A stretch of 64,000 bases of DNA from the human T2T-CHM13v2.0 reference genome, Homo sapiens. Shown in pieces: positions 22,698 through 47,729 of this stretch. Both the position numbers and the translations under genes were made by a program. The stretch lies in assembly GCF_009914755.1 (NCBI RefSeq), contig NC_060936.1. One strand, 5' to 3'. Positions within the stretch are counted from its first letter, which is position 1. Every line of letters starts with the position of its first letter. The notes beneath the pieces were generated by a model. The model was not told where the DNA came from and searched no databases. It saw nothing but the letters and a program-made list of their open reading frames with translations.

Positions 22698-23368
22698 TCC
22701 CAAGGTTGTTTTTAGGCCCTTTGAGGCTTATAAAATAGAATAAATGAGAAATAGGTCCAACCTTCAAGAGCACTGTGTATAGCACCCAAGATTAGAAATG
22801 CATATGTTCAGCCATGACATCTATGGAAAGTACAGAGGACAGGTCCTGAGGAAGTGCTGGGGCTGTTGGTGGTACCAGCCTTTGTGTAGCAGAAGATGTT
22901 TGAGCTGTGCTTTGCAAAGTGGCTGGATCATAGACATGTGAACACTAGGAGTTGGGCCAGTGGGTGGAGATAGAATTTGTGCCTCAAATTGCAGATACTT
23001 CTGTTTGGTGGGTACATGTGTGACAGGCATAAACTTAGTGAGTAGGTGGCCCCAGATTTGGACCAGGTCAGGGAGACTCTTGAATGTCAGGCCTTGTGGC
23101 CTTTTGAGGCATTTCCTGCTGGACGATTAGTTGGGCAGTGGTGTGGCAGCATGTGGAGGTGGAGAGGCTGATGGAGAACTTGCAGTAGGATGTCCATCAT
23201 GTGGGACTGAAGGCTAGCTGGGAGGTATATCTGGGCTGGAGAAAATGGACATGGGACTCACAAAACTGGTTGTAGGAGCTATGGGAATAGACAGAGGCTC
23301 CCGGCTAGAGCTCTAGGGCATAGTGGGTTAACCAGCGGTGGGTGTGGTGTCAGAATCACTCATAAAGC

Positions 23369-26815
<3,447 letters not shown>

Positions 26816-27696
26816 CTCCATTTAATGTTTAATTGTAGGCTTGGTGACTCTTATGTATTAATTACTAGATATTCTTATTTGGAATTATTAGACGTGCTAA
26901 GGCAATAATTTTGAAATTTACAACAGACTAGTTGGTGTTAAGGTGTTATAATAGATTACCATATTTTGCAATATATTGGTTATTTCCTTGTTGAATAGAG
27001 ATGAGGAAGGATGGTATTTTGGCTCTAAATTAGAGGGCTGAGGTTCTAATGGCAAAATTAACATTGTAGTTTTACATTGCTTGAATAATGTAATCTTCTT
27101 AATAGATATTATACTTAATTTTGCTTTAAAGACAATGTTCATTGATAAACTTTCTGTATCTTTCAGTGTGTTCTGTAGCACAGTGCTTTCTTCATGGCCA
27201 TCGCAGGTGTTTGGGCTTTTTTTTTAAACACGTCTGAGGACTGCAAAGGTGTTTTTTTCTCCCCCTCCCCCTCCCCCCCCTCCTCTTTCTTACTTAGACT
27301 GTTGTTGTCCAGGCTGACCTCAAACTCCAGAGAGCCTCATGCCTCAGCCTCCTGAGTAGCTTGGACCAGGCTTGGCTCGAGGACTGTGATTTTATAGACA
27401 TTGTTTCCATCCTGTAGAGGAAACAGATGGGTTAATTTAATTGTTCAGCTGGTGCTTGAGCACACTCTGGGAGTGTCCAATCCAGAGATGAATGAGGATT
27501 CTTGCTCTTAATTCAGTGTTGTTTTTTGCTTCATCTTGCTTCTAAGAGAGTTCCTTGAATATATGATGGAATTATGTAGTGGTTACTGCAGTAATCACAC
27601 TCTTATTATTTTCTAATTATGTGGAACTTGGGAAATGTTGATTTTGTTTCAGTATATGATTTGCAGTATAATTCTATTTACATGTAAAATCTTGTC

Positions 27697-28420
27697 TGTG
27701 TTAGTTTGCCTTGACAAAGCACCACAAACAAGGCAGCTTAAACAACAGAAATGTGTTGTCTCACAGCTATGGGGGCTATAAGTTCTGGATTAAGATGTTG
27801 GCAGGGTGGCTTCCTTCTGAGGGTTAGGAGGGAAGGATCTGTCCCAGGCCTCTCTCATTGGTTTATACATGATTGTCTTCACCCAGTATCTTTACGTCAT
27901 CTTCTCTCTGTACATGTCTGTGTCCGAATTTCCCCTTCTCTTTTGAGATAGGGTCTCACTGTGTCACCCAGGTTGGAGTACAGTGGTGTGATCATGAATC
28001 GTTGCAGCCTTGATCTTCCAGGCTCAACTGATCTTCCTGCCTCAGCCTCCTGAGGTAGCTGGGACTATAGGCATGTGCCACCAGGCCTTGCTAATTTTTT
28101 TATGTTTTAAAATTTTTGTGGAGATGGGGATCTCACTGTATTGCCCTGGCTGGTCTCAAATTCCTGACCTCAAGTAATCCTCCCACTTCAGCCTCCCAAA
28201 ATGCTGGGATTACAGGCATGACTGACCCATCACACCTGGCCTAATATCCCCTTTTCATAGGGACATCAGTTATATTGCATTAGGAACCATGCTGATAGCC
28301 TTAACATTTTAACTTGATGACCTCTATAAAGACCCTGTCTCCAGAGAAGATCACATTCTGAGTTATTGGGAGTTAGGACTTCAACATATGATTTTTGGGA
28401 GGACACAAATCAATATTCAG
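27697..28420 (-). mobile_element. MLT1-family MaLR LTR split by an AluJ (27940-28240)
   Basis: gcttaaacaacagaaatg..tctcacag and gttaggacttcaacatatgatttttgggaggacacaa motifs. Confidence 0.85.
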
Positions 28421-28427
28421 CAGTATC

Positions 28428-30940
<2,513 letters not shown>

Positions 30941-31689
30941 TTAATTGGGATATGCCTAATAACAAAATTTCTGAACATGAGGTTTACTAGAAAGAATTAT
31001 TTTTTAGATTATTTGTGATATATGTATATATGCATTTGATAGTAGTGGATGTGTTTATTGGACTCTTAAGTACTTGCTATGTACTGTGGGACATGTAGGA
31101 GTATATGAATATTTGTCAGCTAGATTATAAAGCTTAAAAACATATTATTGGGCAGGAGTGGGCTATGGGGCTGTGACTACTAGTGGGCCTGGGGTTTCTT
31201 TGTGGGTTGATGAAAATAGAGATGGTTGTACAACTTTGTGAATATAGTAAAACCATTTAATTGTATACTTATGGGTGAATTTTATGTTATGTGAGTTATA
31301 TCTCAGTGATGCTTAAAAAATGCTGTTAATGAATTTGCAGTGCTGAAAAGATTCCAAAGTTGTGATTCTCTACCTTTTTCTGTTCTCCAGATCTCCCAAA
31401 GCAGTTGCAGTGAAAGATAAAGAACATCAAACACTCTTATCTTCTGGTGGTGGGGAAATGCTGAGTGGCCCTGACTTTGTGCAGTGAAAGTTGTTTACAC
31501 AAGCCTGAGTCTATAAACTCAGAGATAAAAAAAATCACACCAGGCTGAAGCCCCATCAGGCAAAAACCTACCAGAGAAATGGGCCTGCCCGTCTGATGGA
31601 ATATCTGGGATTTCCTGATGTTGGTCCCTTAATTTGTGGACCATTTTAGGCTGTCATTAAAGTAGCAGTCTAAAGTAAGAGAAAAATTC

Positions 31690-32312
31690 TGACATGGAAT
31701 AATGTGGATGAATCTTGAGGACATTACATGAAATAAGCCAGTCACTAAAAGGACAAATACTGTATGATTACAATTGCATGAAGTGCCTAGAGTAGCCACA
31801 TTCATAGAGACAAAGTAGAATGGTAGTCACAGGGAAATAGGGAGTCAGTGTTTAATAGTATAGTTTCTTTTTTTTTTTTTTTTTCAGACAGAGTCTTACT
31901 CTGTCGCCCAGGCTGGAGTGCAATGGTGCTATCTTGGCTCACTACAGCCTCCATCAACCAGGTTCAAGCGATTTTCTCCTGCCTCAACCTCCCTTGTAGC
32001 TGGGACTACAGGCCCACGCCACCACGTCTGGCTAATTTTTGTATTTTTAGTAGAGTTGGGGTTTCGCCACGTGGGCCAGGATGGTCTCGAACTCCTGACC
32101 TCAAGTGATCTGCCCACCCGCAAAGTGCTGGGATTACAGGGGTGAGCCACCACGCTGGGCGATACAGAGTTTCAGCTGGGGAAGGTGAAAAAGTTCTGGA
32201 GATGGATGGTAGTGATGGTTCCACAATATTGTGAATGAACTCAGTGTCAAATAACTATATACTGAAAAATGATTCAAATGGTAAATTTTATGTTGTGTTT
32301 AATCACAATAAA
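31690..32312 (+). mobile_element. L1MB-type 3' end interrupted by an Alu (31868-32160, -)
   Basis: gaaataagccagtcac...ggacaaatactgtatgatt...aaaagttctggagatggatggtagtgatggtt...cacaataaa. Confidence 0.85.
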
Positions 32313-32646
32313 GTAAATTTTTAAAAAGTAAGAGTAGTAAAATCACTTTGATGAAAAGAAAGGGTGGGACCAGGGTATTTGGATTGTCTACCAGGCCAGG
32401 CACCCTTTTCAGTGGTCTTGCCTCTGTGCCTGCCTTCTGAGTGTGAGGAGGATGATGAGGATGCCCAGGGCAGGTCTCTGCCTGCTCCCTTCGTTCTGGT
32501 CCTTCCACCAGTCACCCATGGAGCATCTCTTGTGTTTCAGAAATGCCAGTGCCTTGGCACAGGAGCAGGATAAAACTGTGCCCCCAAGGCACTTTTAATC
32601 CAGAGGAAGGTTGGCAAAGATACATTTGCTTGAAAAATATTGTCAG

Positions 32647-37546
<4,900 letters not shown>

Positions 37547-38335
37547 GCTTCCATGGTCTCTGCGTGTGTATATGTGTGTTGAGAAGGAATATTGGGAATA
37601 ATGAGTGATTGTAGCTGCATCTTGTTTCCGTGTGAAATGTGTCTTTAAGCTCCTGCTGGGGTCCAGACCCCATCCCGTGTTGAAATGGGACTCCCTGGTT
37701 GTTTCTGGGGCATGGTGTCTGTGGAAGAAGGTGGATTCTGGATCTTGCCTGGCTGGGAATGAGGGCTCCAGCAGCAAGGCTTAGGGTTTGAAGGGGAAAT
37801 AGTGTGTGTGTTTTAAGGGGCTCAGGGGGAGATGTCTTTGGATATACATGAAGAGTGCTTAGAATAGTGCTAAGCACTCAATAAATTTTAGCTATTAACA
37901 TATATAATGTACTGTGCCTTTTGTTATAAAACGCAGACCTTTAAATAGAAACTAGAAGGGCCACGTTCTTGGAAAAAATGTTCAGTGTTAGAAGCAGTAA
38001 TTATGTATTAATAATTATGTAAGTGCCAAATTTGGAGCATGCACATAATGTTGATCTCTCTCTACCCCTCACCCTTTCATTCCCTTAGGCCATTTTGGAG
38101 GAATACATTTTAAGGCGGGAACCTCGGATGTGTTACGTAACAAAGGCCTTCTTGTGTTACTGTCTAGTGGATCAGTAGGCAAAAGGAAGAAACACATTCT
38201 CAAAGCATGGTCAGATTCCTTAAAATGTACTTAGATAAGGGGGAAAAGGGTAAGAAATCTAGTAAAGGTGTGGTGCATGCTAATTGATGGGGAAGACAAA
38301 AAAAGAATATAATGATTTCCGAAACTCTGACCATA

Positions 38336-39347
38336 TCTAGGTTAGTGACAAAATTTGAGTTTGGGAAAAATATACATATCAGGGATGCAAGCTTATTCTA
38401 TGCAGTTTACACCTGCAATTGTTATTGTTATTTTTTTTTTTTGAGATGAAGTCTCGCTCTGTCACCCAGGCTGGAGTGCAGTGGTGTAATCTCCGCTTCC
38501 CAGGTTCCAGTGATCCTCCCACCTCAACCTCCCGAGTAGCTGGGACTACAGGCACATGCCACCATGCCCGGCTAATTTTTGTATTTTTACTAGAGATGGG
38601 GTTTCACCATGTTAGCCAGGCTGGCCTTGAACTCCTGACCTCAGGTGATCTGCCCACCTCGGCCTCTCAAAGTGCTGGGATTACAGGTGTGAGCCACCAC
38701 CCCCGGCCATCCTGCAATTTCTTTACCACGTTTTAGCCTTGCCTTTTTTTTTTTTTTTTTTTTTTGCCTCAACAGAGAATTCTTTATTATGTCCAAAAGA
38801 GCACAACAAAAACATCCCAACAATACATAAACCTATATATAAAATATAGAATATCTCCAAATTTTTACTTTCTATGGCAGCACGCCAATATATGCAAGAG
38901 AACATATTGATGGGGCAAAGGGAAAACTGATTTGGGCAATGACTTAATTAGTCAGGCATTAACATTCAGAGACCTGGTAAACAGCAACTTTAGTCAGAAA
39001 AGCAATATGAGAAGAGTTCCTGTGAAGCTGGGATTTACATACTTCATTCTCCGTTCCTGGTCATTTCATCCACAACTTGACTGTTGTCAATCATGGTTCT
39101 TTGCCTTTGGAGTGGTACTATGAAGGTACAGAGAATAGAGAATGCCCATCTCAGTACCAAAATTTCACCATGAAAAATCATAATAGAAATAACAAAGCTT
39201 AAAAAAATGCTGCATTTCAGAAGTATTTACCCTAATAATTTTTAAGAAAGCTTACCATAAATACTTCTAGGTTAGTGACAAAATTTGAGTTTGGGAAAAA
39301 TATACATATCAGGGATGCAAGCTTATTCTGTGCAGTTTACACCTGCA
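38336..39347 (+). repeat. 82-bp dispersed direct repeat (38336-38417 and 39266-39347)
   Basis: tctaggttagtgaca...tttacacctgca, 81/82 identical, 930 bp apart. Confidence 0.97.
38420..38708 (-). mobile_element. AluS
   Basis: TSD cctgcaatt. Confidence 0.9.
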
Positions 39348-39749
39348 TAGGCCACCCATCTCGGCCTCCCTAAGTGCTGGGATTACAGGCGTGAGCCACC
39401 ACGCCTGGCCCTGGTATATGTTTTAAGTCAACCAGTTCTCCTTAAGTACTTGTTTCAACATCATGTTATTGTGTACTACAGAAGCAATCTCTCAGTTATG
39501 AAAAATAAAATCAGTTTCAGGGCTCACAAAGTAAAAAGGGAAATTCTTTCCCAATCTCCCCTTCCCCCACCACCTGGCTTTTTTTGTTTAAAAAATTAAA
39601 TTCAAATGTATAAGACCAAGCACCGGCACTTTCCAAAAAACAAAAATGAAGCCAAATCACAAAGTTACTCAATAGTTATAGAAGACAGCTCTGATTTTGG
39701 GGGGTCATCTCTGGTTGCCTCAGTACAAGCATTGGTCTTTGGCTGCTAC
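38744..39749 (-). pseudogene. Putative 5'-truncated processed retrocopy (3'UTR only) of an unidentified mRNA
   Basis: T22 at 38744-38765 is not attached to an Alu or L1. tttatt (AATAAA on the minus strand) at 38783-38788 lies 17 nt from the tail. Candidate TSD tagccttgcctttt / tacccttgcttttt. Confidence 0.7.
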
Positions 39750-40380
39750 CCTTGCTTTTTAGTTTAAGGAATATGGATCCTATTATTGGTATTAAAAATT
39801 ATACTTCTAAAACTATTGAAGGCTATTACTAATTATTTCAGTTCTCTATATAGTATTCGTACCTCAGTTTAATAGTGCTTACTAAGTCATTTAAATAATA
39901 GGTCTCTGTTGAAAAATATTAGAATTGTACCCTTCCACCTCTAAAAAGTCAGAGTTCAGGATGAAAAGGTATGAAGTCCTCTGTTGGTCATAGTATTTTG
40001 TGGGCTAAATCATTGTCTAAAATCAGAAAGACAGCGCAGTGGAAGGTTCTAGGAGTTGCATGGATCTGGGTTAGAATCTCAGTGCCTCTCGCAACCAATT
40101 GTTTAAAATGTGGGCAGATTAGTCCCTCCATTTCCATTTTCTCTTTTGTGAAATAATTATTATTTTGCAAGGTTCATGTGACAAAGTGGATTAGTATGTG
40201 TGTCTAGCATAATGTAGATGCTAAAATTAAATGATTGACTTGGCACCAGTCAGAGTTTATTCACTTTTAATATTGATTTTGAAAGTCTCCAGTCAGATTG
40301 CTTAATTGATACACGTTAATTTTTACTGTTAGATTTTTAACTTATTATTAAACACCAAGTTTGATAATAAATACTATTAG

Positions 40381-40797
40381 TGAGGTAGGAGGTGGAACTT
40401 GACTCCAGACCAGATTGAAGACTGGCTGAAACAGGGAAGAGGTGAAAGCACCTCTCCATAAGACACGCCCACCAGTGCCATGTCAGTTTACCATTGCCAT
40501 GGTAACACCTGGAAATTACCACCCCTTTCCATGGCAACAACCTGGAAGTTACCACCCTTTTTCTAGAGGTTTCTGATTAACCTGCCCTCTTAATTTGCAT
40601 GTAATTAAAAATGGGCATAAATATGACTGCAGAACTGCCCTTGAGCTGCTGTTATGGAGCAGTCACAGAGCTTAACACTGCCACGTCAGTAAAGCAGTTT
40701 CCTTCTACCGCAGGGTCGCTCTTCAGCTCTTTCCTAAGTGCAGTTGAGAATCTTCCTGGGCTGAGCCCCAGTTTGGGAGCTTGCCTGCCCTTCATCA
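40381..40797 (+). mobile_element. ERV1-class (MER4 group, MER66/MER41-like) solo LTR
   Basis: TG...CA termini (tgaggtagga...gcctgcccttcatca), 4-bp flanks ttag/atag, internal ccatggyaac..ctggaarttaccaccc repeat. Confidence 0.8.
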
Positions 40798-42153
40798 ATA
40801 GCAGTAGTAATAGTAATGATGATGGTAGCCAGCCAGATATAGTGAAGTGTTCTATGTGTTCTCAGTTACTCTGAACAAGGGCCCTCAAAGGGCAGGTATT
40901 TTTATGTTCTTTTTGCTGACAAGAAACTGAGGCTTAGTGAGACTGAGATTTAGAAAGTAATGAAAGGAAAAAGTTATGTTAAATGATCACTTTTTTATGG
41001 AGCCATGCTTTTTTGTGCTTAATTTATTGCCTATTGCTCATATGTGTTTTACATTGTTCAGTGTTTTCTCAAGATAAGCAATGAGAAGTAACAGCTGTAG
41101 TCAACTTTCTTCCCCAAGTACTAAGTAAATAAGGTGGTTAGGTGTAGAATGGAATTAGCTATGGAATGCTGATTGTTTATTTTCTATGTAGGATGAAAGA
41201 AATTAGGCATGAAGAAGGAAGATAATTTTCTACTTGCTATAGATTTGAAATAGTTTTCTTTCTTTTGCTTTTTTTTTTGTTTGACCTACTGAGGAGTTCA
41301 GAGTGGTTAACTGAAACAGACTCTAAAAATACCCTTTGGTAGCGTGCTCACTGAAGTATTTTCTGTTTGTCTAAAATTAGCAGATTTGAGCAGATTTGAG
41401 CAGTGTACTCTCGTTTTCCAAAGCCTTCCATTAGGTGACTTCTTATTCTGGTGTACTTTGTTATCTTTCTGGATAACACGTTTGATGAGTGTTAAAAGGT
41501 AAAGCCAGGAATGGCTTTACTTTCTAACAGAATACTTTACAAAGCAGTTTCCAGCTTAGATACTTCCTCCTACAGGGAACCTTCCCAAGGTGTTTCCTTG
41601 GCAGTGCTCCCTTCCTTATCCCGCCACTGTCCCACATGTCCCACCTAGGCCTTGAAGGGCAGAACCTGTGCTCTGTTCACTGTTGTATTCCAGTGCCTGA
41701 CACAACTATTTGCACAGTATTTAGGTGCTGAACAAATATTTATTGAATGCCAAAATTGGTTCATTTACTAAGCAGAAAGAAAGGAAAATATTTTTTGTTG
41801 GCAGTGTCTGCAAAGAGATTTGTCTTTTCCCATGAAAATTGAGAAGTGGGGACAGAAAAGCAAGAAAGTGGGAGCAAAAGTAATTGAGATCCACAGTGGC
41901 TCAGGAGTGTTGACCGGTGCAGGGTGTGGTAGAAGCCCGTTAATGGGTAGGGGAGCCAGATACGGAGGCTCAGCTGGGCTGGGGGCAGGTCTGCAAGAAA
42001 TGGGGGGGTGTGGAGAAGGTTACCAGCCGTTACCAGAGTTTTCCTCTGCATTGGGAATTTCTAAGGTGTGTTTTTGTTTTTAAAACAATATCTGTACTTG
42101 CAAAAATATGGTTTCTTTGCTGCAAGGGGAACACATTTATTTTGTGAAAGTAA

Positions 42154-43886
<1,733 letters not shown>

Positions 43887-46800
43887 AATTTTGATTTTTT
43901 AGGAGGAAAAAAAATTGTTCCTAAGGAAGTCAAGTCCTAAATTGAAAGACTTTCATATATTACACAAACCCTAGAAAAACTTGGGTTACACCTGGGATTG
44001 ATTTTGAAGTAGGGCGTTGAACTATGTGTCCTGTTTAACCTCGAGGAGCAAATGGCTTTCCATTCTAAACATTCTCATTTCTTCTCTGGGACATTCTTTA
44101 GGTGCTTGTTTGAGTTTCTGTTTTGTTAGGCACATTAGAGGACTCTATATGAACAAGTTCCTAGGGGAGGAAATTGGTGACTTAGATGAAAGGGTGAAAA
44201 AGGTGAAACCTTCACATTATTGTGTAAGGGATTGTCCCAGAATGTGTGAAATTTGATGTAGTCCTTCTTGGCTTCGTTTTTTCCTCAGATGTTCTGGATG
44301 AAACAGTTCCCCCTGTCACACGTGGAGATAAGGATGTGGCTCTAGGCAGGGCATATCCTGTGTTTAAGACTGTGTTGACTCTTCTTTTACAGTGTCTGCC
44401 ACTTGTTTCCTGCCTAGGTCTTTAGTTTTGAGTGAAGTACAGCTGTGAAGTCCTAGACTTGTAATGCTAAGGCGTTCATTATGTTAAATTCAGTTTCTCT
44501 TTTTCTTTTCTCTGCTTCACATCAGCCTTGTACTTTAGCACGTTTCCAGTCCAGCCTTGGTAGCTGGGCTGCTGTTCTCCTTGACCCGTCCCTTTGCAAG
44601 CAGCAGACCACGGCCAGGGTTGGGAGTCCGGCTGGGCCACTGACCGCAGTGCTGAGGAAAGGTGGAGCGGGAGGCCCTTTCCTCCCAGCCTCGGGCTTCC
44701 TGTGCAAGCCACTGAGGAGGAAAAGGAGCTGGAGGGTGTGTGAACCCTCAGGTTATACAAGCAGCACTTCTATGCAACAAAGAAAATGTAAATTGCTGTA
44801 AATTACCAAAAAAAAAAAAAAAAAAAATTGCTGGCAATCTGCTTTCCAGGGCAGATGGAGGGTAGCTTTTATTTATACATTGGTCAGCTGATTGAGTAAT
44901 GTTTAAAAACCACCTTTACTTCTGGCACTTCTTGGCAGTATCAGTTTTTTTTTTTTAATGGATAGAGAAGCTTTTTTATTTTACAGATAATAACTGCATA
45001 TCTTTACCTGAGGGAGCTCAGGTTCGCTCTATCTAGCAGCTTCCACGTGTCATCTCTGTATGTGCAGTTGGTGCCTGCATTAAGGAGGACGGACAGCCTT
45101 GTGGCGTTGGTGCCTCTGTTTTGTGTCTAAAGCTATTTATTTGGGGGTGGCTGCCCCAGGAGCAGCACATCAAAGTGGTGTTCAGTTATGCTGGCCAAGT
45201 GCTGAATTGCATTGTGTTTATTTTTATTTCCAAGGTTATTTTATTTTTTACACATGAAAGCCTTTTTCCCTCCTAGATTTTACTGTTTTTTTTTTTTCCT
45301 GATTAACAAAGATGTACAGACTGAGGAGAAGTTTTTGAAAATTTTGTAAAAATGTTGAAATTTTTATGCAGAAAGAGAAACAAAGTGGGGGCCCATCCCA
45401 AATCTCACCAATCAGGCAGAAACTATTTGTCATACTGGATACGGTTTCTCTCTCTCTCTTTTTTTTTTTTTTTTGTGGGGGGGATCTTTTCATTAAAAAA
45501 CTCTTCTGTAGGTATCTTAACAGCACTTGCATGGTCCTTAGGAGATGAAGGTGTTTCGCCATTTCTGGAGTGCTGCACATGTAGTTTTCTTCTTTTTAAA
45601 TTGTCAGTGGCCCTGGCCAGATTACTAATTCCCTACTAAGTTGCCAGTTGTGCTAGTACCCCACCCTCCAAAATCCATATTGACCTTCTGTATCAAAATG
45701 GCTAAGTCGTCAGAAACCAGCAGTGGGCAAACGTTAGGGTCTCAGCTTTCCTCCTTTCTTTCACTTGCTTGGCTTCATTGGCTTTGAATCGGATAGACCC
45801 GGGTAGGAACCTCACCTAGCCCCTCCACTAACTTTGTGTCCTCCGGCAAAATAAATCTCCCTAAGCCTCTATTTCCTATATGCAAAATAGGGATGATAGT
45901 ATTACCCAATTCCAGGGTTATTGTAAGAATTCAGAGGCAAGTTGTGAAGGGTGTGGCATGGTGTCTGGAATGGGTGATGATACAGTTCCCTAAGGGGAGC
46001 TGCTGCCACCTCTGTGCTGGGGACTCTCCCTTTGCCCCATCCCAAGAATTTGGGTTGGCTAATCCTGCCCTGTCTGGTTTTGGATGAGGGACCAGGAAAG
46101 AAAGGGAGGCAGGATAGGGGAGGTGTTTTTGAGAAAAACCTTCTTTTTCCCTCTGCAAGTATTTGTTTCAGGCAGTACGTGAACCCTCGAAGACTGATCG
46201 GGGCTGGTCCTGGGTCACCCCAGCAGGGTTCAGTGAAGTGGGCCAGGGGCACTGGACCCTCGGCTTTCTCCCTGCAGGGGGATCTGCCTCCCTGGCCTCG
46301 CTTCTTGTGATCTTCTATGCATGCTCACTCCTTACTCACTCTGAGCCTTCTGACTCTGACCAGCCTGTGTTCCTGGCATTCTTTTGATGATGTAAGTGTT
46401 TCACACCCTATCTGCAACCAAGCAGGAGGACGGAGAGGACTTCTGCAGCAAAGAGTACCTCTAGAAATTGCTTTTGTGAGGTTCTTTGAGGTGCTAATCA
46501 CCTAACTTTTATTTGAATTGCTCTGACTTATCATTTAATAACTCCGGAGGACTTTTTACTTCCTTGGCAGGAGGAGGAAGGTGATTCCTCAGATAAAACC
46601 AAAACCTAGAGCTGCACTTCTGAAGGAAATTGCTGCTCAGGTAGGGCTGGATGTGTAGGTGTTCTCCATGGGCCCATGCCGTGCCTGTACCAGCGTCCTG
46701 AATTGACGGCAGCAGAGGGGTATCTTTCTTCATTCTTCATTATTTATTGCCTGAGGCAGAATGAATACTTGTACACTTGGGATTTCAGCCATGCCTTTTA

Positions 46801-46954
46801 AGGGCTGTGAACAGACTTATCAAAGAGCCATCTTGAGTGGCCTGTAGGGCGGAAGGGAGAATACAGGACAAGAAAGTGGATGGAATTAATGGGAACAAGA
46901 GTGACATAAAATAGTTTAACCCCCTGTGGCCCTCTTCAGACTTTTACATTTGTC

Positions 46955-47729
46955 TATTTTTATTTATTTAAAATTTTTTAACTTTTGTGGGTACGTAGGT
47001 GTATATATTTATGGGGTACATAAGATTTTTTGATACAGGCATATAATAATCATATCAGAGTAATATCACCCCAAGCATTTATCATTTGTATTACAAACAA
47101 TCCATATATATTCTTTTAGTTATTTTATTTTGTTATCTTATTTATTTATTTATTTTGAGACGGAGTCTTGCTCTGTCACCCGGGCTGGAGTGCAGTGGCA
47201 CAATCTCAGCTCACTGGAACCCCCGCCTCCTGAGTTCAAGCGATTCTCCTGCCTCAGCCTCCTGTGTAGCTGGGATTACAGGCCGGTGCCACCATGCCCA
47301 GCTAATTATTGTATTTTTAGTAGAAATGGGGTTTCACCATGTTGGCCAGGCTGATCTTGAACTCCTAACCTCAGATGATCCACCCACCTCGGCCTCCCAA
47401 AGTGCTGGGATTACAGGTGTGAGCTATCGCACCCAGCCTATTATTTATTTTTGAGAGATAGGATCTTGCTCTGTTGCCCAGGCTGAGTCATGCTCACTGT
47501 ATACTCTACCTTCTGGGCTCAGGCAATCCTCCCACCTCAGCTTCCCAAGTAGCTGGAACCACAGGTGCACAGCCGCCACTCCTGGCTAATATTTTTATTT
47601 TTTGTTCAGACGGTGGGGAGGCTCTTGCTGTGTTGCCCAAGCTGATCCTGAACTCCTGGGCTCAAGCGATCCTCCTCCCTCCGCCTTCCAAAGTGCTGAG
47701 ATTACAGGTATGAACCACTATGGCTAGCC
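46955..47729 (-). mobile_element. L1MA 3' fragment followed by two Alus (47122-47438, 47440-47729)
   Basis: ttttgtgggtacgtaggtgtatatatttatggggtaca is an L1MA 3' end motif. Confidence 0.82.

Noticed and set aside
32440-32475. Acidic SECEEDDEDAQ peptide vaguely like a RASSF N-terminus
   Set aside because: No SSGYSS motif, convincing splice sites or promoter context
41379-41404. agcagatttg short tandem duplication, and similar ~8-bp slips at 61962 and 32676
   Set aside because: Ordinary slippage
46706-46724. CTCF-like ggcagcagaggggtatc
   Set aside because: Mismatches at key core positions; cannot be supported without data
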